From: Candidatus Eiseniibacteriota bacterium
GTDB taxonomy: Bacteria; Eisenbacteria; RBG-16-71-46; DASYSL01
Assembly (NCBI GenBank): GCA_031431875.1
Contig: JANPEF010000113.1
Span: 1-35,285, forward strand
Reading direction: 5' to 3'
Length of the DNA: 35,285 nucleotides
Below, piece after piece: positions 8,809-17,872 of this stretch (positions within the stretch are counted from its first letter, which is position 1; each line of letters starts with the position of its first letter). The translations under genes and the position numbers were made by a program. The notes under the pieces were generated by a model. It saw only the letters and a list, made by a program, of their open reading frames with translations. It ran no database searches and was not told the origin of the DNA.

Positions 8809-9366
8809 TCAGGGTCGGATCTCGACCGGCGTGCCGACCGGAATGACGCGGTAGAGTTCGCGGATGTCGGCGTCGTCGAGCGCGACACAGCCCGCCGTCC
8901 AGTCGGCCTGCGAGCCACGACCGTGGATCATGATCTCGCCCCCCAGCCGCGTATTCCACGGCGGCGTGGCGCGCGCTTCGCACGCCGCGAGAATGCTCGC
9001 GCATTCCCGGGCGGTGATCAGGCCATCGAGCAGTCCGCGATCGGCGTCGGCCGGTCCCGGGTAGCTGAGCCCCAGCGACAGCGTGAAGCGGCTCTGCGGA
9101 TTCTTCATGCAGACGTAGTACGTCCCCTCGGGCGTGGCGAAGTCCCCCTGCCGCGCCTTGGGGCTCACCGGATCGATGCCGAGCCCGATCCGGTACGTGC
9201 GGATCACCTCTCCCTGCGACAGGAGCTGCAGCTCGCGCTTCGACTTCACGACGACGAGGCTGGGCAACGCGATCGCGGCGGGCAGGGTCACGGAGATCTC
9301 CTCGATCGACGTCGGGGCGGCTGGCGGATCCGTCACGAGCAGGGCGAACCACAGGGCGAGCATCAT
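8809..9366 (-). CDS. L,D-transpeptidase family protein (YkuD; YafK/DpaA-like)
   Basis: VVKSKRELQL, K.RQGD..TPEG.Y, SLGLSYP, IMIHG...DWTAGCVAL; start ATG 9366 within ORF 8809..10005. Confidence 0.88.
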   Translation of the reverse strand: MMLALWFALLVTDPPAAPTSIEEISVTLPAAIALPSLVVVKSKRELQLLSQGEVIRTYRIGLGIDPVSPKARQGDFATPEGTYYVCMKNPQSRFTLSLGLSYPGPADADRGLLDGLITARECASILAACEARATPPWNTRLGGEIMIHGRGSQADWTAGCVALDDADIRELYRVIPVGTPVEIRP

Positions 9367-9368
9367 GC

Positions 9369-9851
9369 TCACGACCCCGGCTCCGCGGCGCGCGTCGAGG
9401 CCATGGCGATCAGCTGCCAGCGGCCGCGGCGCTTCGCCCAGGTCTCGATCCAGGCGAACCCGGCGCGTTCGGGCTTCGCGTCCGCGGCGGCATCCGCGAG
9501 GACGAGCACGACTTCCTTCTGGACGATGACGGTGGCCAGCGTGCCGTCGGCCGAGACGTGGATCACGGGGGCGACTCGATCGTCCCACTTGTGGAACCGC
9601 ACCGCACCGAAATACGCCGTGAAGCGCTGGCGCTGCTCCTCGCGGGTGGGCCGCTTCACCTCGCCGCCGTCGACCATCACGAAGTCGTCGCCGAACAGGG
9701 AGAGCAACAGTTCGACGTTGCGATCCATGTGCGCGTCGCGCTCGAGCGCATGGCGTGCCGCGACCTCGTCCCGGGGCGTCGGGGCGGCGAGGCTGGGCCC
9801 GGCGAGGACGAGGCTGGAAGCCAGGACGACGGAAAGCAGGGTGCGAGGCAC
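9369..9851 (-). CDS. secreted NTF2-like (DUF4440/SnoaL) protein
   Basis: Signal peptide; LFGDDFVMV, IHVSADGTLA and W.K..GRWQLIA are NTF2 hallmarks; AGGAG RBS. Confidence 0.75.
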   Translation of the reverse strand: MPRTLLSVVLASSLVLAGPSLAAPTPRDEVAARHALERDAHMDRNVELLLSLFGDDFVMVDGGEVKRPTREEQRQRFTAYFGAVRFHKWDDRVAPVIHVSADGTLATVIVQKEVVLVLADAAADAKPERAGFAWIETWAKRRGRWQLIAMASTRAAEPGS

Positions 9852-10049
9852 GGGATGTTCTCCTGGGGGTGCGACGGACGATGCTGCCTCCGAGCATCGT
9901 CGAGGCCCCGCCGAACGGCAACCCCAGGGTGCTCCGAAGTTGACAGGTCGGCGTGTGGCCGGCCTTCACTCTTCGGTTATCGGCCTGGCAGGGGGGCTGG
10001 GTCACCCTTCGTTTCGGCGGGTCGAGGCTCGTTCCGGGACGCCGAAGGC

Positions 10050-10535
10050 TCAGTCGTCGCCGACCGCGCCCCCCGCCGGCACCGGCGTGGTGGCGGTTCC
10101 TGCCCGGATCTCGGGATGGCGGATTTCACCGCCGAGTGTGGCCGTCCGGACGAGAACCGCGACGGCGCCCAGGTCCATGATCAGCACGAGGGTCAGCAGC
10201 GAGCCGGGAATCGCACGCCGGCGGAACCACATCAGGCCGAACAGGGCGACCGCGCCCGCGAGCTCGAGGACGATCACGGCGACCTTCGCCGCGTCCTCGT
10301 GCTGCTCGATGCGACGCTCCTCGATTCCGGCGAGGTGCTCGACGCCTTCTTCCGCCGGCTCGCCGCTGAAGAATGCGGGAAGCCCCGCAAGCGCGACCAC
10401 GACCAGCGTCACGAGGGCGAAGCGGCGATAGGCACGACCGGCGGGAAGGAGCGCGAACAGGAGCAGGAGCGCGACCCCGATGCTCCCCACCACCGGCAGG
10501 TGGTTCATGGCGAGATGGAAGTGGACCGGGCTCAT
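10050..10535 (-). CDS. DUF2231-like 4-TM membrane protein with conserved His residues
   Basis: HFHLAMNHLP, SGEPAEE, IEQHEDAA, GGEIRHPE; four hydrophobic segments. Confidence 0.75.
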   Translation of the reverse strand: MSPVHFHLAMNHLPVVGSIGVALLLLFALLPAGRAYRRFALVTLVVVALAGLPAFFSGEPAEEGVEHLAGIEERRIEQHEDAAKVAVIVLELAGAVALFGLMWFRRRAIPGSLLTLVLIMDLGAVAVLVRTATLGGEIRHPEIRAGTATTPVPAGGAVGDD

Positions 10536-10617
10536 GGTGTGGCCTCGCGTTCCGGGCCCGGGATGGGCCCGAAGTACAGACCGGGGAGGGAGCGGCCTTC
10601 AGCGGCACGCAGCGTCC

Positions 10618-11070
10618 TCAAGACGCGCGGTGTTCCCCCCGCGAAGGGTGCGTCCGCCCCCATTCCCCGGCCATTCCTGGCGCCCTGCCTTCCAGCGCAC
10701 GTCGCACGGTCGCGACGATCGCGGCGGGAGACGCCGGTTTCGACAGCACGGCCTCGACTCCGCAATCCTCGAAACGTCCCGGCGGCACCCGCTCGCCCTG
10801 CGCGGAGAAGACGATCACGCGCAGAGCGCTGTGCTGCCGGTGCAGCTCCTCGGCGAGGTCGAGACCGCTCTCCTCGCCGAGCCCCAGGTCCACCACGACG
10901 ACACGCAGGGTCGAGGCGCTCTCGCGGATCGCGAGGCGAGCCTCGCTGAGGTTCGCCGCTCCGATCGCCGGCACCGATTCGTGCTCGAGCAAGCGCCGCA
11001 GGGCAGTCCGCACCCCGATGTCGTCTTCGACGAGGAGGACGATCGGCCCCGGGCCCGATGCTGCACTCAC
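10618..11070 (-). CDS. single-domain response regulator receiver
   Basis: VLLVEDD...VVVDLGL...SGLDL...VIVFSA...LSKP; GTG start. Confidence 0.85.
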   Translation of the reverse strand: MSAASGPGPIVLLVEDDIGVRTALRRLLEHESVPAIGAANLSEARLAIRESASTLRVVVVDLGLGEESGLDLAEELHRQHSALRVIVFSAQGERVPPGRFEDCGVEAVLSKPASPAAIVATVRRALEGRAPGMAGEWGRTHPSRGEHRAS

Positions 11071-11129
11071 GCCCCCCCCTGCATTCCTCGCTCACGACGT
11101 CCGAATACGTCACGATTGATCGAGAGAAG

Positions 11130-11146
11130 AGCAGCAATCGTGCCGG
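11130..11146 (-). promoter_or_regulatory. putative sigma54 promoter of the receiver/DUF2231 unit
   Basis: CCGGCACG-ATTG-CTGCT, close to consensus TGGCACG-N4-TTGCW, about 60 nt upstream of the start. Confidence 0.6.
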
Positions 11147-11232
11147 GTCAGCGAACGCGGAGAATCGTGGGGCTTCCTGGGAATCTCGGCGGAAACGACC
11201 GCGGCGTGGCGCGCGCGGGGGCCCACCCCGGT

Positions 11233-11264
11233 GCCAATTCGGCGAGGACGCGCGCCAAAACGTC
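11233..11264. promoter_or_regulatory. candidate tandem enhancer (UAS) sites for a sigma54 activator
   Basis: GCCA-ATT-CGGC (11233) and GCCA-AAA-CGTC (11254), 21 bp apart, 90-120 bp upstream of the -24 box; degenerate versions of GACA-N3-TGTC. Confidence 0.3.
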
Positions 11265-11317
11265 GCGGGCGACCCCGTGGTGGGGTCGCCCGCGGGAAGC
11301 CGGCCGTCTGGCCCGGA

Positions 11318-13492
11318 TCAGAACTTGCGCGAGAGCCCGATCGCCAGCGAGTGCGCCGTGTATTTCTGGTAACCGGCGCCCAGGTAGATCGCTGTCGCCG
11401 TGGGTGACGCACCGGCGACGCCCAGGAGCGGGATGTCCTGCGCCGCGAAGTCGTCCACTTTCCATGTGTCGTAGCCGTACTTGCCGATCAGGTCGGTGCC
11501 GTCGGGCAGCTTGTAGTGCGCCTCGAGGCGGCCCTCCTGCCGCAGGTAGTAGGTGTCCGGGAGGTCGATCGCGGTGTTCGTCTCGTTGTCGAGGAGGTAC
11601 TTCACCTGGTCGCGGCTCACCCAGTAGTTGGCGACCAGCTTGAACGAGCGCGGCACGACCTGCCACGTCGACTGCACGAAGCCGAAGTCATTGCGATCGC
11701 GGATGAGCGCCGTCCAGTCCGTGCCGGCCTCGAGGTTTCCGTCGCGGATCGGGATGGTTGTCCCGGCGGTGGTCCGCTCCTGCGACCCCTGATCGGTGTC
11801 GGTTCGCCCGAACCCGTAGCCGCCGGTGAGCGACAGCACGGTCGACGGGGTGTACGCGAGCTGGCCGAGGACCGACCAGCGCTCGTCGTTCTGCAAGCCC
11901 AGGCGCGAATCGAGGTAGTCCGACCGCTGGTAGTCGCCCGAGACCGTGACGTCGAGCTGTTCGTTCACCATGTAGCCGAGCTCGCCGTTCGCGTCCGTGC
12001 GATCCCGATCGGCGACGTCGAAGCGCCGCAGCAACGGGTTCTCGATGTAGACCGTGTCGGGAGCGTCGGCGCGGCGATAGTCCTCGAGCAGGAGCTCGTC
12101 CAGGCGACGGCTCGCGAACGAGGCCCCCGCGGCGGCATGAATGCCGCTCTCGAGGTCGGCGAAGACCTTGCCGCGGATCTCGTTCTCGACGTCGTTCTCG
12201 ACCTCGCGGTAGGTATGCTCCCGCCAGCGGTAGTCATAGCCGAGGACGACATTGACGCCGTCCGCGACGCGCGCGTCCCAGTCGGTGCCCACGGTGATCT
12301 GCTGGTTACCGAAGGGGCGATTGATGAACCCGACGGTGTCGCGGACCAGGGATTGGTCGTACTGCACGACGCCGCGGAACGGGAACTGTTCGGTCTCGTT
12401 GTCGTAGTGCTGCTGACGGAAGCGGACCACGCCCTTCACGCGATCGGTGACCCGGGCCGTGAAGCTGTGGTTCTGCGTGAAGCGGAGGGCGCGCCCGTCG
12501 GTCGAGCGCGCGGTCACGCTGCCGTAGAGCGAGTCGACCGCGGCCGGGCTGATCGCCGAGTTGATGGTGAACGGCAGCCAGGGATCGTCCTGCTCGAGGC
12601 GTGCCAGCCCCAGCGTGCCGGAGTAGCGAAACATCGAGTTGAGCCGGGCGCCGAGGTCGAACTGGGCACGCACCGCGTGGTTGTCCGGGTACAGGTCGAG
12701 CCGGCCCGAGCTGCTGCCGGTGGTCGGCGAGTCCGTGTAGCGGCGCGGGTTGTCCAGCACCAGCGCATCGATCTTGTTGTCGAACCGCGAGTAGCCGACG
12801 AGGGCCCGCAGCTTGACGCCGCCGCGGCCGTAGTTCGCTGCGGCGGACACGTCGGTCATCCGCTGGTTGATCGGCTCGGTGATCTCGTTCGCGTTGGAGA
12901 AACCGAAGCTCATGGCGTACTGCTTCGTGCCCGTGCGCGCACGCTGCTCGGCATTGAGCTCGAGCTGCAACCCGCGGCTGGGCCGCACGCGCAGGCGCGC
13001 GTCGCTGACGTTGGTCCGGTGACTGAGCGGGATGTACGGCGCAACGGCCAGCTCGCTGGTCATCCGGTTGACGTAGCCACCGGGGTCCTCCTGGTTCGCC
13101 CGCTGCAGCGAATCCGGCAGGCGATAGGCTCCCGCCCCCTGGTCGGTGAACGGCGAGCGGGCGATCAGGCTGAACAGGTGCGGCTGTTGCTGGTACGAGC
13201 CGTCGAGCTGCCAGCGGATCCCCTTGTCGAACGACAGCCCCATCGCCTGGTTGTTGAGGAACAGGTCGGTTCCCCAGAGGTTGCCCGCAAAGCTGCCGAC
13301 CTTGCCCGTGACCAGGAAGTTCTCGAGATACGCCCCGTTCGGGAACTCGCCGAACTCCTGCAGCTTCGCCTCGTTCGCGGTCTGCCACCAGTTCTGCGTC
13401 CCGAACTTCACCTCACCCTCGGCGAGAACGACCCGCGGCACGACCAGGGTGCTCACCAGGACCGCCGCGACGAGGAGTCGAATGCACTTCAT
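11318..13492 (-). CDS. mtrB: MtrB/PioB-family decaheme-associated outer-membrane beta-barrel
   Basis: 724 aa; signal peptide; AKLQEFGE, EITEPIN, S.FDN, L..DNP, DLYPDN, ENPLLRRFDVADRDR motifs; C-terminal Phe; directly downstream of the decaheme gene. Confidence 0.92.
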   Translation of the reverse strand: MKCIRLLVAAVLVSTLVVPRVVLAEGEVKFGTQNWWQTANEAKLQEFGEFPNGAYLENFLVTGKVGSFAGNLWGTDLFLNNQAMGLSFDKGIRWQLDGSYQQQPHLFSLIARSPFTDQGAGAYRLPDSLQRANQEDPGGYVNRMTSELAVAPYIPLSHRTNVSDARLRVRPSRGLQLELNAEQRARTGTKQYAMSFGFSNANEITEPINQRMTDVSAAANYGRGGVKLRALVGYSRFDNKIDALVLDNPRRYTDSPTTGSSSGRLDLYPDNHAVRAQFDLGARLNSMFRYSGTLGLARLEQDDPWLPFTINSAISPAAVDSLYGSVTARSTDGRALRFTQNHSFTARVTDRVKGVVRFRQQHYDNETEQFPFRGVVQYDQSLVRDTVGFINRPFGNQQITVGTDWDARVADGVNVVLGYDYRWREHTYREVENDVENEIRGKVFADLESGIHAAAGASFASRRLDELLLEDYRRADAPDTVYIENPLLRRFDVADRDRTDANGELGYMVNEQLDVTVSGDYQRSDYLDSRLGLQNDERWSVLGQLAYTPSTVLSLTGGYGFGRTDTDQGSQERTTAGTTIPIRDGNLEAGTDWTALIRDRNDFGFVQSTWQVVPRSFKLVANYWVSRDQVKYLLDNETNTAIDLPDTYYLRQEGRLEAHYKLPDGTDLIGKYGYDTWKVDDFAAQDIPLLGVAGASPTATAIYLGAGYQKYTAHSLAIGLSRKF

Positions 13493-13504
13493 GATCGTCG
13501 CCTC

Positions 13505-14437
13505 CTAGCGCAGGAAGTACTTGCCGGACGGATGATTCGAACCGTGGATCTGGCTGTGGCAGTTCAGGCACGAGCGGTTGAACAGGCGGTTCGACGCCAG
13601 GTCCGGCTGGTCGTACAGCGTGCTCGGGTGCCGGGTCGCCACGTGACAACGCTGGCAGAGGAAGGGCGTCTTGCTCGCCAGGCTCCGCTGGTTGTTCGAT
13701 CCATGAGGCTCGTGACAGGTGGTGCAGTTCTCGCGCACCGGCGCGTGGTCGAAGAGCATCGGCCCGCGCTTGTCCATGTGGCAGCTCTCGCACAGCTCGT
13801 TGACCGAGTTCGCCTTCAGGTTCTTCGGCGTGGCCGAGCCGTGCGGCTCGTGGCAACTCGCGCAATCCATGCCGCCCTCGAGCAGCGGCATGTGCGCCGA
13901 GCGCGATAGCTGCATGCGCTTGCTCTTGTGGCAGGTCATGCACAGCTCGCTCGTGTTCTCCGCCTTGAGGAGCATCTTGCGCGAGGGGTCCTTCGGCTCG
14001 TGCATGCTGTGGCAATCGACGCACTTCACTCCGCGATCGGAGTGCATGCTCTCCTCCCAGTGCAGCTGGGCGGAGGCCGTGTGGCAGGTGATGCAGGTGC
14101 CGTTCGCCTCTTCGGGCTTCATGCTCTCGAAGCGCTTGATCGACCAGAAGCCGGGGGCGTCCTTGTCGTTGTCGGCGTCGACGTGGAGCGAACCGGGCCC
14201 GTGGCACGATTCGCAGCCGACCTTGCCGTCGACGAGGGCGCTGTCCTCCTCCGCGCGACCGTGACCGGCGAGCCGATACGAATGCTCGATCCCCTCGTGG
14301 CACTCGGCGCACGCTTCGGAACCGACGTAGGCGGCTGTCTCGGTGGTCTGGGAGCCGGAGGGGGTGGAGCGCAGGGCGAACAGCCCGAGAAGCGCTCCGC
14401 CGAAGAGTGTCGCGAGGACCACGGAACGGGACCGCAT
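13505..14437 (-). CDS. mtrA: MtrA/DmsE/MtoA-family periplasmic decaheme c-type cytochrome
   Basis: Ten CxxCH counted (CAECH, CESCH, CITCH, CVDCH, CMTCH, CASCH, CESCH, CTTCH, CQRCH, CLNCH); YVGSE, CHGPG, KRGP..F.HAPV and IHGSNHPSG signatures; GGAGG RBS before ATG 14437. Confidence 0.95.
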   Translation of the reverse strand: MRSRSVVLATLFGGALLGLFALRSTPSGSQTTETAAYVGSEACAECHEGIEHSYRLAGHGRAEEDSALVDGKVGCESCHGPGSLHVDADNDKDAPGFWSIKRFESMKPEEANGTCITCHTASAQLHWEESMHSDRGVKCVDCHSMHEPKDPSRKMLLKAENTSELCMTCHKSKRMQLSRSAHMPLLEGGMDCASCHEPHGSATPKNLKANSVNELCESCHMDKRGPMLFDHAPVRENCTTCHEPHGSNNQRSLASKTPFLCQRCHVATRHPSTLYDQPDLASNRLFNRSCLNCHSQIHGSNHPSGKYFLR

Positions 14438-14473
14438 GCTGTGCTCCTCCTGGACAGGAGTCGGGCCGGGCGG

Positions 14474-14490
14474 CGCAAGGAAAGCGCCGA
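14474..14490 (-). promoter_or_regulatory. putative sigma54 promoter of mtrAB
   Basis: TCGGCGCT-TTCC-TTGCG (GG-N10-GC, with TTGC); predicted start site ~14463, just upstream of the RBS. Confidence 0.55.
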
Positions 14491-14863
14491 ATCCGCCTCC
14501 AACGCACCGAAATCCATCCACCCGGTTGTTCCCGCACGCACAGCGGGGGAGACCAAGCCCGTCGGGGAACGACGAGCAGGAGTGATTTACGGGCGGAGCG
14601 TCCCTGACTGCAACAAGAATCCGAGTTCGGGTGTGGATTTCGTCAAATCGCCCGACCCGGTCGCCCGGTTTCGCTCCGGTGTTCCTTCCACTCACTCCGT
14701 CGCGTGCAATGCCACTGACCGATCATCAAGCATCAGGCGTGCCGCGCGGCCCGGACCGCACTCGTGTTCCTAAGCTGAGCCGGAAGTCATTGTCGTTGAG
14801 TGGGTTGAGCAATCCATCACGATGGGGTACGGGAACCGGGAGGAGTGTCGAGGACGGCCCGCC

Positions 14864-14876
14864 GGACAACCTGTCG
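14864..14876. promoter_or_regulatory. candidate enhancer palindrome GACA-N3-TGTC
   Basis: GGACA-ACC-TGTCG immediately after the activator gene stop; the same motif recurs at 19382-19394. Confidence 0.35.
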
Positions 14877-14904
14877 CGCAGGGTGGCAAGGCGCGACCGC
14901 CGTG

Positions 14905-16335
14905 TCAGTCGACGGCAAAGACTGCCTCGTTCGGGGGATCCCCGTCGTCCGGACCGCCGCGACTGGCCCGCCGGTAGAGCGTGCGGGCCGAGATGCCGAG
15001 GATCCTGGCGGCCCGTTCCTTGTCGCCGTGGCAACGCTCGAGGGTGTCGGCGATGAGGCGTTCCTCGGCCTCGGCAAGCGTGGAGCCGGCGGGCACGAAC
15101 ACCCCGTCGCGCCCCCCGGCGCCCGCGGCCTGTGCAGAGGCGCCCGAGGCGAACGCGGCGAAGCGGAGGTCGCGCGCCTCGAGCATGGGCCCCGGAGCCG
15201 TGACCAGCGCGCGCTGCACGGTGTTCTCGAGCTCGCGCACGTTGCCGGGCCAGGCGTGCGCCGCCAGGACCTCGAGCGCGCCATCGCTCACGCCGACGAG
15301 CGGCGTGGCGCGCAACGAGCGGTGCAGGCGCAGGAAGTGCGCGACGAGCAGCGGCAGGTCCTCGCGCCGCTCGCGCAGCGTGGGTGCGGCGATCTCGATG
15401 ACGTTGATGCGATGGTACAGGTCGCGGCGGAAGCGCCCCTCGCGCATGGCAACCTCGAGATCGGCGTTCGTCGCGGCCACCAGGCGCACGTCGATCGCGA
15501 TGTCCTTCGTGCTGCCGAGGCGCTGCACCATCCCGTCCTGGAGCACGCGCAGCAGCTTCGCCTGCATCGCCGGCGCCAGCTCCCCGATCTCGTCGAGGAA
15601 CAGCGTGCCGCCGTGCGCCAGCTCGAAGCGGCCGCGCTTCGTCGTGGCCGCTCCCGAGAACGCGCCGCGCTCGTAGCCGAACAGCTCGCTCTCGAGCAGG
15701 GTCTCGGGAATGGCGGCGCACGAGATCTTGACCAGGGGTGCCCCCCGCCGCGGCGACTGCGAGTGCAGCAGCTCGGCGATGACCTCCTTGCCCGTCCCGC
15801 TCTCGCCGGTGACGAGCACCGGAACGTCCGTCGGCGCGATCTGGGCGATGGATCGCCGGAGCTCGGCGATCGCGGGGCCCGCCCCGACGAGGCGATCGAG
15901 CCCTTTGCGATCGGCCAGCCGCTCGCGCAGCAGGGCGTTCTCGCTGGTCAGGTTGCGGCGCTCGCAGGCGCGGTGCACCAGCAGGAGCAGGCGATCGCGC
16001 TGGATCGGCTTCTCGACGAAGTCGAAGGCGCCGAGGCGCATGGCCTCGACCGCCCGTTCGACCGACGCGTGCGCGGTCACCAGCAGGACCTCGGGTGGCA
16101 CGGGGAGCGCCCGCGCCTCGCGCAGCAGGTCGATCCCGTCGAGGCCGGGCATCATGAGGTCGGAGACGACGACGGCAGGCGGCCGATCGCGCAGGATCGC
16201 CAGCGCCTCCTCGCCGCTCGCCGCGGTGGTCACTTCATAGCCCGCCTGCTGGAATGTCCGCTCGAGCGCGCGCAGGAGCGCTGCGTCGTCGTCGACGACG
16301 AGCAGCTTCACCCCGGCGCCAACGGCGTCACTCAC
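14905..16335 (-). CDS. sigma54-dependent response regulator (NtrC/AtoC family: REC-AAA+-Fis HTH)
   Basis: LLVVDDD...SDLMMP; Walker A GESGTGKE; ESELFG.ERGAFSGA; Walker B LFLDEIGE; WPGNVRELEN; AARILGISARTLYRR; GTG start overlaps the kinase stop. Confidence 0.95.
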   Translation of the reverse strand: MSDAVGAGVKLLVVDDDAALLRALERTFQQAGYEVTTAASGEEALAILRDRPPAVVVSDLMMPGLDGIDLLREARALPVPPEVLLVTAHASVERAVEAMRLGAFDFVEKPIQRDRLLLLVHRACERRNLTSENALLRERLADRKGLDRLVGAGPAIAELRRSIAQIAPTDVPVLVTGESGTGKEVIAELLHSQSPRRGAPLVKISCAAIPETLLESELFGYERGAFSGAATTKRGRFELAHGGTLFLDEIGELAPAMQAKLLRVLQDGMVQRLGSTKDIAIDVRLVAATNADLEVAMREGRFRRDLYHRINVIEIAAPTLRERREDLPLLVAHFLRLHRSLRATPLVGVSDGALEVLAAHAWPGNVRELENTVQRALVTAPGPMLEARDLRFAAFASGASAQAAGAGGRDGVFVPAGSTLAEAEERLIADTLERCHGDKERAARILGISARTLYRRASRGGPDDGDPPNEAVFAVD

Positions 16336-17872
16336 GGTCTTCTCCCCCGCCGATCCCGCCGGTGGCGCGATCGTCCGGCGGCGAGACGGGCGGCAGTCCG
16401 ATGGTGAACGTGGAGCCGCGGCCCGGCTCCGAGCGGCAGGCCAGCGACGCACCGTGCTCGGTGACGACCTGCCGGACGAACGGCATCCCGAGCCCGGTGC
16501 CGCCGCGCTTCGTGCTGTAGAAGGGGCGGAACATCTCGGCCTGCACCTCGGGTGGCATGCCCACTCCCGTGTCCGCGACCACGCAGGTGACGCGTTCCCC
16601 GTCACGGCGCGTGGTGATCGTGAGGCGCCCGCCGCCCGGCATCGCCTCCATGGCGTTGCGCACCAGGTTGAGGATCGCCTGCCACAGCTGGTCGCCGTCG
16701 GCGTCGACGACGGCGCCGTCGGCGCCCAGGTCGAGCACGAGCGCAACCTCGCGCTGGCCCAGCTCGGGAGCGAGCATGGCGAGGTGCCCGCGCAACAGGT
16801 CGTCGAGCACGACGGGACCGCGCGCGAGCTGGGGTTTGCGCCCGAACTTGAGGTAGTCGCGCACGACGTTCTGGATGCGATTCACCTCGGAGGCGATCGC
16901 GCCCACCGATTCCTCGTCCTCGACCCCGGCCCCGCGCGCGCGGATCGAGTCGCGCAGGAGATCGAGGTTGATGAGGATCGAGGTCAGCGGGTTGCGAATC
17001 TCGTGCGCGAAACGCGCCGACATCACGCCGACCAGGGCCAGGCGCTCGGCGTGGATGCGGTCGTCCAGCACGCGCCGCTGTTCCGTCACGTCGCGGAACA
17101 GGACCCAGACGCCGAGCGCGCGATCGGCGGTGTCGCGGACCAGTGTGTAGCTCGCGTCCACCCACACGGCCGCGCCGTCACGCCGGGTCAGGCTGAGCTC
17201 GGGCGTGCGCACGTGGCCCTGCGACGTGAGCTCCGCGAGGAGCGCCTCCTGTGCCCCCTCCGTCCACCGTCCGCCCGGCAACAACCGGCCGATCGAGGCC
17301 CCGCGCATCTCCTCGGGGGTCCAGCCGAACATCTCCTCGGCGCCGGGATTCCAGTGCTCGATGCGGCAGTCGAGGTCGCACAGGACGATCGCGTCCTGCG
17401 AACTCTCGAGCACGCTCTCGAGGTGGCGCTCGACCTTGACCCGGTTCTCCTCCTGGCGGGCCTGGCACATCGTGCACGTCGTCTGGCCGTAGAGCGAGAT
17501 CACCTGGTTGAACGCCGTGTCGAGGTCGCGTTGGAGCGCCGCCCACTCGTCGGGCTCGACGTGATCCGCCAGAACTTCGCGCATCGCCTCACGCCCGAGC
17601 AGGAGCGAGAGCACGGCGTCGGCCTGGTTGCGCTCGACGCCCGGGCGGCGCAGCTCGATGCGGGCCATGCCGATCGCGAACGGCAGCGCGGCGGCACCGC
17701 CCTTGTGCTCGAGCGCGGCGAGCGCCCCCCGCAACGCCTCCTTGTGGCGACTGCGCCGCTGCTCGGGCGTGCCCGCGCGGCTCGCCAGGTCGGAGCGGTC
17801 GAGCCGCTCCTCCCAGCGATCGAGGATCGCAGGCTCGTGCTCGCGCAGGAGCTGGTCGAGCGTGGTGGTCAT
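16328..17872 (-). CDS. soluble PAS sensor histidine kinase (RsbRD_N-like N-terminus, CxxC, PAS, HisKA, HATPase)
   Basis: LLREHEPAILDRWEERL N-terminus; TTCTMCQ; PAS WNPGAEEMFGW...RDVTE; FAHEIRNPL; NLVRNAMEAM; DTGVG; GTGLG; no TM segment. Confidence 0.93.
   Translation of the reverse strand: MTTTLDQLLREHEPAILDRWEERLDRSDLASRAGTPEQRRSRHKEALRGALAALEHKGGAAALPFAIGMARIELRRPGVERNQADAVLSLLLGREAMREVLADHVEPDEWAALQRDLDTAFNQVISLYGQTTCTMCQARQEENRVKVERHLESVLESSQDAIVLCDLDCRIEHWNPGAEEMFGWTPEEMRGASIGRLLPGGRWTEGAQEALLAELTSQGHVRTPELSLTRRDGAAVWVDASYTLVRDTADRALGVWVLFRDVTEQRRVLDDRIHAERLALVGVMSARFAHEIRNPLTSILINLDLLRDSIRARGAGVEDEESVGAIASEVNRIQNVVRDYLKFGRKPQLARGPVVLDDLLRGHLAMLAPELGQREVALVLDLGADGAVVDADGDQLWQAILNLVRNAMEAMPGGGRLTITTRRDGERVTCVVADTGVGMPPEVQAEMFRPFYSTKRGGTGLGMPFVRQVVTEHGASLACRSEPGRGSTFTIGLPPVSPPDDRATGGIGGGEDRE

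Noticed and set aside
11221..11238. TTGGCACC on the minus strand as a second sigma54 box
   Set aside because: GG-to-GC spacing is 11, not 10
14508..14642. Imperfect inverted repeat (CGAAATCCATCCACCCG / CGGGTGTGGATTTCG) upstream of mtrA
   Set aside because: Short, gapped and lies upstream of the predicted start site; cannot be distinguished from chance
14438..14695. 86-aa N-terminal extension of MtrA (PioA-like leader)
   Set aside because: A strong RBS and signal peptide begin at 14437, and the extension looks like intergenic sequence containing the predicted promoter
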